From Octopus vulgaris (taxonomy: Eukaryota), in assembly GCA_951406725.2 (NCBI GenBank), contig OX597834.1, positions 32,922,001-32,986,000 on the forward strand: a stretch of 64,000 nt of DNA, written 5' to 3'. The notes below the pieces were generated by a model, which had not been told where the DNA came from, made no database searches, and saw only the letters and a list, made by a program, of their open reading frames with translations. Each line of letters begins with the position of its first letter. Position 1 is the stretch's first letter. The position numbers and the translations under genes were made by a program. This document shows, in pieces, positions 54,620-64,000 of this stretch.

Positions 54620-55977
54620 TTACCGATCACGTTTAGCGAACCGTTATGTTAATTTTCGATCAAGTTTGGCGAACAGCTAAGTTATTTTATCGGTATTCTT
54701 TTGCAAACTGCTAAGTTATTTCATGGCCCCTTCTTTGGCGAACCGCTAGATTATTTTATTGTTACACCTTTGGCGAACTGCTAAGTTATTTTACCGATCC
54801 CGATTGGCGAACCGCTAAGTTATTTTATCGATCACGATTGGCGAACCGCTAAGTTATTTTATCGATCACGTTTGGCGAACTGCTAAGTTATTTTATAGAT
54901 ATATTTTGGCGAACCGCTAAGTTATTTTATCTATAGACTTTGGTGATCCGCTAGGTTATTTTATCGATATTCTTTGGCGAACCGCTACGTTATTTTATTG
55001 ATCAGATTTGGCGAACCGCTAGTTTATTTTATCGATCTTCTTTGGCGGTCCGCTATTTTATTTTATCGATCTTCTTTCGGGAACAGCTAAGTTATTTTAT
55101 TCAACTTCTTTGGCGAACCGCTAATTAGTTTTATCGATTTCTTTGTCTAACCGCTAAGTTATTTTATCGATCATGTTTGATGAACCGCTAGCTTATTTTA
55201 TCGATCTCATTTGCCGAACAGCTAAGTTATTTTATCGATCACCTTTGGCAAACTGCTAGATTATTTTATCGGTCTCCTTTGGCGAACCGCTATGTTATTT
55301 TATCGATCACGTTTGGCGAACTGCTATATTATTTTTCTGACGTTTGGCGAACCGCTAAGTTATTTTATCGATATCCTTTGGCGATCCGCGAAGTTATTTT
55401 ATCGATATCCTTTGGTGAACCGCTAAGTTATTTTATCAATTTTCTTTGGCGAACCGCTACGTTATTTTATTGATCACGTTTGGTGAACCGATAGGTTATT
55501 TTATTGATCTCTTTTGGCGAACTGCTAAATTATTTTATCGAACTCCTTTGGCGAATCGTTAAGTTGTTTTATCGATCTCCTTTGGCGAACCACTAAGTTT
55601 TTTTATCGATCTTCTTTGGCGAACCGCTAAGTTATTTTATTGACCACATTTGGTGAACCGCTTGGTTAATTTATCGATTTCCTTTGTCGAACCGCTAAGT
55701 TATTTTATCAATTTTCTTTGGCGAACCGAAACGTTATTTTATTGATCACGTTTAGTGAACCGCTAGGTTATTTAATCGATCTCCTTTGGTGAACCGCTAA
55801 ATTATTTTATCGCACTCCTTTGGCGAACCACTAAGTTTTTTTATCGTCACCTTTGTTGAACCGCTATGTTATTTTATCGGTCTGTTTTGGCGAACCGCTA
55901 CGTTATTTTATTGATCACGTTTGGTGAACCGCTAAGTTCTTTTATCGATCTCGATTGGCGAACCGCTTAATTATTTT
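54620..55977. repeat. 34-bp minisatellite, about 40 copies, SINE A-derived
   Basis: GGCGAACCGCTAAGTTATTTTATCGATCACGTTT, with period 34 (e.g. 54806, 54840, 54874). Confidence 0.95.
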
Positions 55978-56205
55978 AAAATTGGATACGTTTTGCCCGA
56001 TTTCAATCTTATTTTCAACATGGTAAAATGGAATCGGATTAGTAATTTAAGCGCGGAAATCTAATTTTTTATAAATGTGAGAGAGATAGATAGAGAAATA
56101 TAGAGAGTAAGAGAAAGCGAGGGAGAGTCCGAGAGAAAGAAAGAGTAAAAGAGTGGGAAAGTGAGAAAGAAAGGAGAGAATAACAAAGAGGGAGAATGTG
56201 TCGAT

Positions 56206-56280
56206 AAGAAACTGATAGGAAGCAACAGAAAGCAACAACCACACCCTCACCCGCGCGTAGAGCGGGTCACCTTAATCTAG
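56206..56280 (+). mobile_element. Helitron 3' terminus
   Basis: Hairpin at 56249-56267 followed by CTAG-T. Confidence 0.75.
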
Positions 56281-56364
56281 TCTTCATTGATAAAAAGAAA
56301 ATGACGCGGCGCTTCATAGATCCGTCACACTATTGTAACTGTTCGAAAAGAGGTACTTACTCAC

Positions 56365-56441
56365 CGGGTACCCAGAGTACAGACTGTTTTGCAAACATCA
56401 TGTTTTAGTCGAGAGACCGCCCATTCAGGATGTTTCTTTTG
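56365..56441 (-). other. Possible 77-nt exon of an unidentified host gene
   Basis: CTCTTTAG acceptor and CCG|GTGAGT donor; one frame is open (QKKHPEWAVSRLKHDVCKTVCTLGT). No homology recognised. Confidence 0.25.
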
Positions 56442-56640
56442 CTAAAGAGTCAATCTATTCTAAACAAAATACAGTTCCTCGATACATTATCGATAAGTAT
56501 TTATTCAATCAACTTATATCACCGAATCACTTACGACAACTTCTAATCTATGATTAAAAACATTGACAGATTATCATATCAGAGCAATGTTCCTTAGGGA
56601 TTATTACTAGTACCTCCAATTTTGATTTTATATTTGGTGG

Positions 56641-56875
56641 AGGCGCATGGCTCAATGGTTAGAGAGTCGGACGCACAATCATGAGGTATCTCACTGGTGC
56701 CAAACTATATTGGTCTTTGCCTTTCTCTTGGATAACATCAATGGTATGGAGAGGGGAACCTGGCATGCATGGATGACTGCTGGTCTTCCATAAACAACCT
56801 TGCCCGCACTTGTGCCTCGGAGGGAAACTTTCTAGGTGCAATCCCATGGTCATTCATGACCGAAGGGGGTCTTTA
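56641..56875 (+). mobile_element. SINE family C with internal deletion
   Basis: Inverted homologue of 58039-58354. Confidence 0.8.
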
Positions 56876-58038
56876 ACCTTTTATACTGTATTTGACTTTG
56901 ACACCTGACATTGCTCTTGACCCTTCTCTAGTAAACGCTACAAGCTTCTATTCCCTGTGATGCCTCATTAAATCCAATAAAAAAAATTTATTTAAAGCTC
57001 CAGTTAACCAAAGAAATATGAGTATGATCTGCCATTTTGTGCGAAATTAGACGTGAAACGAAGAATCGGACACTTTACTTTGTATGCATTCCGGGCTTGT
57101 AGTCATATATTTTTCCTAGACAATTTTTACCAATCCTGTTTTCGGCACTTAAAAGAGACAGTATAACTTTTTGATAACATCTGACCAATTTTTTTCTCTT
57201 CTGGGTTTGTTCGAATCCGTCATTGAATATTCGGCACTTCTACCAATAATTTGACAACCCCGAAATCTCAGATGTTAGAAGTTTGAAATGGCATATCTTC
57301 AGTTTTCCCCTTTTAATTCTTACATTTTACTTGTTTTCGTCAAGAAACTGATGCCCTGCTTGAGCGCCATCTGAAGGGCTGAGTCGAATAAATCCACCCC
57401 AATACCCATTTCTAAGCATGGTACTTATTATGTCGACTTCTTTTGCCGAACGCCTAAGTTACGGGGTCAAAAACTAACCAATACTGCTGGCCGAATGAGG
57501 GGAATATACACACATACATACTTATATGTATATGCGGCGGGCTTCCACACAGTTTTTGACTACCAAGCTGCTGCACAAAGCCTGGTTATGTGGAAGACAT
57601 TTGTCCAAGGTGCTGTGTTGTGGGACTGAACCCAAAGCCATGTGGTTGCAATGCGAGCTTCTTAACCAAACACCCAATCACAAAATTTCACTCAATTTCG
57701 TCATCCGCGAACTCTAACGAGGAATAAATTTCATTCCTTTTCTTGCACTTTACTCATATCCAAACTCCTGAGCAAAGATACGAAGCCTGACGTCGAAATA
57801 CCATTACTTACAGACTGAGTTTGGACTTCTGCATTAGAAGCATGCGAAACACAGCTTGTGTTACTTTTAATGTTATCAGTTTCTTGTACGTTATTGTCGT
57901 TACACTCCTCAGACTGTTCACGATAGAGAGACACTAAAGATGTTTGCTGAGAAACCATAGATTTGTTAGTGAGGAAAACATACTTTTGTATTAGCGTGTA
58001 ATGCACAGACCACCATCCACCGCTGATGTGGTTTGACT

Positions 58039-58354
58039 CATGAATGACCATGGGATTGCACCTAGAAAGTTACTCTTCTAGACACAAGTCCGGGCAAGGT
58101 TGTTTATGGAAGACCAGCAGTCGCCCATGCATACCAGCCTCCCCTCTCCACGCCACCAGTGTTATCCAAGGGAAAGACAAAGGTCGATACAGCTTGGCAC
58201 CAGTGACGTCGCAACTCATTTCTACAGCTGAGTGAACTGGAGCAACGTGAAATAAAGTGCTTTGCTCAAGAACACAACACGCAGCCCGGTCCGGGATTCG
58301 AGCTCACAACCTCACGATCGTAAGCTCGACGCTCTAACCACTGAGCCATGCGCC
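58039..58354 (-). mobile_element. SINE family C with a 13-bp TSD
   Basis: tRNA head GGCGCATGGCTCAGTGGTTAGAGCG and CORE-like block. ATGTGGTTTGACT at 58026-58038 and 58355-58367. Confidence 0.9.
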
Positions 58355-59435
58355 ATGTGGTTTGACTAAGTGACAGTATTACAGCAGAGTAAATGGAATA
58401 AAAACAAGAAAAAGAAGGAAAGAAGTTCTCCGTCTGATGTATAACCCGAGTTAAACAGTGTACATAAAAATAAGATCTCGTCTTATATATCATTATTTGT
58501 TACATAATTTACTCTGCTGACAAATTTTATTATTTTCATCTATATCGACAACAGAAAAGAATTTTTTTTAACGTATATTCAAAAACAGAAGTTTGCGAAT
58601 AAATATGTTTATTGTGCTTATAGAATTGAAAATTCGAAAACAGAGGATTGTAACAAAACCAAACGGTTTGTGAAAGTTCGCATCGTCAGGTGTCTGCCGA
58701 TAACCGAGTCAACCCGTCGCCGGACGGAATTGAATGCCTGAATATAGAAAATGTTAATGTTGTGTTCTTGAGGAAAACCCGTTGCCCCAGTCCACTCGGC
58801 TGTAAATGGCTCACCCCTGCGACGGAATAACCTTCTGATCGGTGGGAGAAATGTCGGTCTGCAGCCTAACCAGCGTGAGGGGGGGGGGTTCAAATGAGGG
58901 AGTGGCATTATTCTAAAGCTAAAACGATGCAAAGCGCATTGTGACTAGCGAGGAACAACATCCGATAGTCTGGTCATCTGGTAGAGTTGTTGGTTTGTGG
59001 AGGTGGTGATGGTGGTGGTGGTGGTGGTAGTGGACATTTTGACGTGTGTTCGTGTGTTGCAGCAGTGGTAAAGGGGGAGATTGTGATGATGATTATAATG
59101 ATGATGATAATGATGATGATGGTAGCGCTGGGGTACGGTAAGTGGTATTGTTAGCGATGGTGGTGAGTTTGATGATAATGGTGGTGGTGGCGGCGGCGGC
59201 GGTGTTGGTGGTGGTGGTGATGGTGGTGGTAGAGGTGGTGGTGGTGGTGGCGGTGGCCGTGGTGGTGGTGGTGGTGGTACAAGGAAGGATGAACTTGAGA
59301 AATTAATGGTACAGCCTGTAATACGAAACTAATCCGGCAGCCGAATTATATATACACCCTGTAAACCGCCACTCCGTCCCACCCCGCCCCAACCCTGCCG
59401 CGACGCACATATACGCGTAGTCGTATCTACACACC

Positions 59436-59488
<53 letters not shown>

Positions 59489-59608
59489 ATACACTCGAGC
59501 ATGCATAGACATACCAATAGTGACGAACACTTGTGTAAATAAATGTGTGTGTGTTTTATACGACTTGTATCATAAAAACGTATGTTCAAACATGCATATA
59601 TACATACA

Positions 59609-59777
<169 letters not shown>

Positions 59778-59902
59778 TATATATATAAACATATATATAT
59801 ATATCATATATATAAACATATACATACATATGTATATACATCTGTATATGCCTCAATGTAAAATTTATGCATACGTTTGATGCATATGTGTGCCTCTCTC
59901 TC

Positions 59903-59985
<83 letters not shown>

Positions 59986-60006
59986 TATAATATATATATT
60001 TATATA

Positions 60007-60068
<62 letters not shown>

Positions 60069-60119
60069 TTTGTTGCATGTACATATGTGCAATATAAATG
60101 TATATACATATATACATAC

Positions 60120-60183
<64 letters not shown>

Positions 60184-60417
60184 GCTTCTATACATGTATA
60201 TGAATACACGCACGCACACACATGCCCCGGTACATAAAAACAGTCACATATACCCATAACGCATGCACGCGCACACACACACACACGTGTGATGATGTAT
60301 GCTTGATGTGACACGTTACAAAAGCTGGCTCCTTCATAGAAATGTACGAGGAGACACAATGCGGCTTTTACGTCCATGTTATGTGGACGTGGTCTGTGCG
60401 TGTGTAAGCGTGCGTGC

Positions 60418-60468
<51 letters not shown>

Positions 60469-60644
60469 TGTGTGTGTGTGTGAGAGTGTGAGAGATGAGT
60501 GTGAGTGTGTGAAGAGAAGGAAACGTGAGAGATTATTGTGTGCAAATATAACGAAATATATATATATATATATGTATGTATGTATATATATATATGTAAA
60601 TGCGTGTGTATGTGTGCGTGTGTGTATGTATGTATGTATGTATA

Positions 60645-60742
<98 letters not shown>

Positions 60743-60827
60743 TATATACACATACGTATGTACGTATACATATATGCATATGTATAATGTTTTTATAAAT
60801 GTATATATATATATTCGCTTATGGATA

Positions 60828-60863
<36 letters not shown>

Positions 60864-60980
60864 TATATGTACATACAAATATGTATGTATATATCCACAT
60901 GTCTATGTACACATACACGTATACATATGCATACTCAAAAATGTATGCATATGTATATATACACATATATTTATAAATGT

Positions 60981-61015
<35 letters not shown>

Positions 61016-61066
61016 CACTTGTATATATATATATATATATATATACATTCATATATATGTACATAC

Positions 61067-61099
<33 letters not shown>

Positions 61100-61663
61100 C
61101 ATATATATATGTATAAATATTTATACAAACATACATGCATATATACATATATATATTTATATATGCATATGTATATATACACTTACGTATGCACATATAT
61201 ACTTGGGTATGTGTGTATGTATGTATGTATGTATGTATGTATGTATGTATGTATGTATGTATGTATGTATGCATGTATGTATGTATGTATGTATGCATAT
61301 ATGTACGTATGTATACTTAGTAATAAAGGCTTAGTGATATATATGAACAACAAAAAATCAAAAGTGTAAAAATAATAATTCAGATAAAGAATATCAAAAT
61401 ACATTTCAACAAAAATAAACAAAACATCTTCTTCTTGTTTGATATTTCTTGTTTCTATTTATCGAAATTGTCCAGAACAAAGATGGCGGCTGTGAGATGT
61501 ACGAAGTCTGGAAGATACGGTTACGCTTAGGTTATTCACTGTAATATAAGGACGTGTGACGAGGTCGAGGAAACAGTTGAAGAATGTATATATATATATA
61601 TATATATATATATCCACATATACATACATATATATATATATATTATATATGCATATGTATGTA

Positions 61664-61725
<62 letters not shown>

Positions 61726-61740
<15 letters not shown>

Positions 61741-61773
61741 ACATATACGTATATGCATATACATTCAAGTGTG

Positions 61774-61818
<45 letters not shown>

Positions 61819-61824
61819 GCATAT

Positions 61825-61860
<36 letters not shown>

Positions 61861-61866
61861 ATATGC

Positions 61867-61905
<39 letters not shown>

Positions 61906-61951
61906 CTTGAATGTATATGCATATACGTATATGTATATATATGTATATGTA
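61726..61951. repeat. Palindrome embedded in an AT microsatellite
   Basis: CATTCAAGT/ACTTGAATG and CATGCATATAAAGG/CCTTTATATGCATG are mirrored about (AT)n. Confidence 0.85.
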
Positions 61952-62020
61952 TGTATATGTGTTATATATATATATATATATATATATAATTATGTATATA
62001 TATGAGCGTATATATACATA

Positions 62021-62079
<59 letters not shown>

Positions 62080-62313
62080 TCATATATTTTCCTGTTTATC
62101 AATGAAAAGTCATTGTCTTCTAGTACGTGTATGTATGTACACACGTATGTTTATGTGTGTTGTTAGTCAATCCGAACTTGTGTACACACACACACACATA
62201 CACACACACAAATACACACATATATAGAGAAAGAGATAGATATGTTAACATACACACATATTCTCTCTCTCTCTCTCGACATATATATATATACATATAT
62301 ATATATACATATA

Positions 62314-62386
<73 letters not shown>

Positions 62387-62762
62387 GCACATATACATAT
62401 GATTATAGATAGATAGCTGGATAGACGGTGAGATATAAGCTTTATCCATATATTATATTTCTGACATGTAATTTTTTGAGTTTTTGCCTCAAATTGGCAT
62501 TTACTGAGATTTTCCAGTTATATATAAATCATGCAGGAAATCGAATCTTTTAAAATCTTACATGGAAGATAAATTGCAATGTTGAATCTTGTAGCGTTAA
62601 TACAGCTATATCTATTTACCGCCTTACTTATATACACACACGTAGTAATGTGTGTGTATGTATGTATGTATATATATATGTATGCGTGTGTGTGTGTGTG
62701 TGTGTGTGACACAGGGTTAATTTAGTTATTTCTCCATAGATTGAAAATGATAAGATCAAGCG

Positions 62763-62803
62763 CCTCATTCGATTTTCGAAACTTATTGAGCTCTCATCAG
62801 AGG
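62763..62803 (-). ncRNA. Degenerate hammerhead-like motif
   Basis: CCU-CUGAUGA-GAGCU-CAAUA-AGUUUC-GAAA-AUCGAA-UG-AGG; G at position 17 predicts no cleavage. Confidence 0.35.
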
Positions 62804-62988
62804 TGTGTACATCAATTGGACCAGACCCCGCGTGAGAAGCAGCCAATCTGCTTACATACTCAACAATTCCAATAATTACACAGAACTGGGGATACTAATT
62901 CGCTTACCATAATTATTTAATATTTTATTTATTATTAATAGACTGTCAACGGGGATCTCAGTCCACCGAATACACACACACACACATA

Positions 62989-63034
<46 letters not shown>

Positions 63035-63037
<3 letters not shown>

Positions 63038-63300
63038 AGCACTCCGTCGGTTACGACGACGAAGGTCCAGCCGATAGGATCAAAGGAACAGTCTGCCCGT
63101 GAAATTCTCCGGGAGATTCAGTATGACATAGAACATGATAAGGCTGGTCCTTAGAAATACACGTACAACTTGTTTTTGCCAGATGAGTGGACTGGTACAA
63201 TGTGAAATAAGGAGTCTTACTGGAGGACACAACGCGCCACCGGGAATTGAACTCACGACCTTACGACCATGAGCTGAATATCCCAACCACTATACCACGT
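63035..63300 (-). mobile_element. SINE family C variant
   Basis: tRNA-like head (GTGGTTGG..GAGTTCAATTCCC) and diverged CORE-like block. Confidence 0.7.
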
Positions 63301-63530
63301 GATATATATGTTTTATGTATATTGAATTTGCATAAAAGGGAATTAAAAAATGTTTATATTCGGAATTTTAACGTCGACTGTTGTATTTATTGCTGGATAC
63401 TGATGAGGTGTGATGCTTGATTGCATAATGTTTCTGCCACGACTATGTCATTTTTTCTGCATTTTACTGCAACCCGAGTGTGCTCCCTAAGGCATTGAAT
63501 ACAACATCTGCTTTCTGCTGATTATTGTTT

Positions 63531-63584
<54 letters not shown>

Positions 63585-63696
63585 TGTGTGTGCGTGTGAC
63601 TATGTGTAATTGTGTGCGTGTGTGTGTATGTACGCGCGTGCGTGTATATATGCATATATATATGTGTGTATGTACATGTAATATATATGTATACAG

Positions 63697-63983
63697 AGGT
63701 GCAGGCGTGACTGTGTGGTAAGTAGCTTGCTTACCAGCCACATGGTTCCAGGTTCAGTCCCACTGCGTGGCACCTTGGGCAAGTGTCTTCTACCATATCT
63801 TCGGGCCGACCAAAGCCTTGTGAGTGGATTTGGTAGACGGAAACTTAAAGAAGCCTGTCGTATGTATATATATATATATATATATACATATGTGTGTGTC
63901 TGTGTGTGTGTATGTGCGTGTGTGTCTGTGTTTGTACCCCAACATCGCTTGACAACCGATGCTGGTGTGTTTACGTCCCCGTA
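63697..63983 (+). mobile_element. SINE family A, 3' truncated
   Basis: Matches 47449 onward. Confidence 0.9.
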
Positions 63984-64000
63984 AAACGGACTTACAAAAT

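Noticed and set aside
54620-55977. CRISPR-like array
   Set aside because: The units are contiguous with only ~7 variable nt and no unique 25-45 nt spacers. There are no cas genes, the context is eukaryotic, and the unit derives from a SINE.
57731-58051. 106-aa minus-strand ORF as a gene or hAT transposase N-terminus
   Set aside because: Its start lies inside a SINE and no motif was recognised with confidence; a weak KLYCLF similarity near 57160 is insufficient.
62740-62802. 63-nt plus-strand exon (IENDKIKRLIRFSKLIELSSE)
   Set aside because: The donor is weak and the sequence overlaps a degenerate hammerhead-like motif on the other strand; there is no other support.

Overview
AT-rich eukaryotic non-coding DNA, most likely an Octopus (coleoid cephalopod) intron or intergenic region. 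The organism is inferred from the SINE repertoire and the very high microsatellite density, not from a database hit. No intact host gene is evident, and almost all listed ORFs are microsatellite artefacts. The window contains three tRNA-derived SINE families, Penelope-like element (PLE) GIY-YIG fragments, R4/Dong-type and CR1-type LINE 3' ends, DD37D (maT) transposon remnants, Tigger- and piggyBac-like MITEs, Helitron/HINE ends, minisatellites and many fold-back palindromes. Main signals: (1) minimal PLE-type hammerhead ribozyme (HHR) folds in which core positions 3 and 8 occur in all four Watson-Crick combinations (C-G, G-C, U-A, A-U); (2) a short element joining a tRNA-derived Pol III head to a canonical HHR tail, present as a head-to-head fold-back; (3) a 109-bp ungapped inverted repeat in unique-looking sequence; (4) a SINE/CR1 shared 3' tail with a covarying hairpin; (5) a 34-bp SINE-derived minisatellite. 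All alignments and coordinates were made by eye, so element boundaries are approximate.
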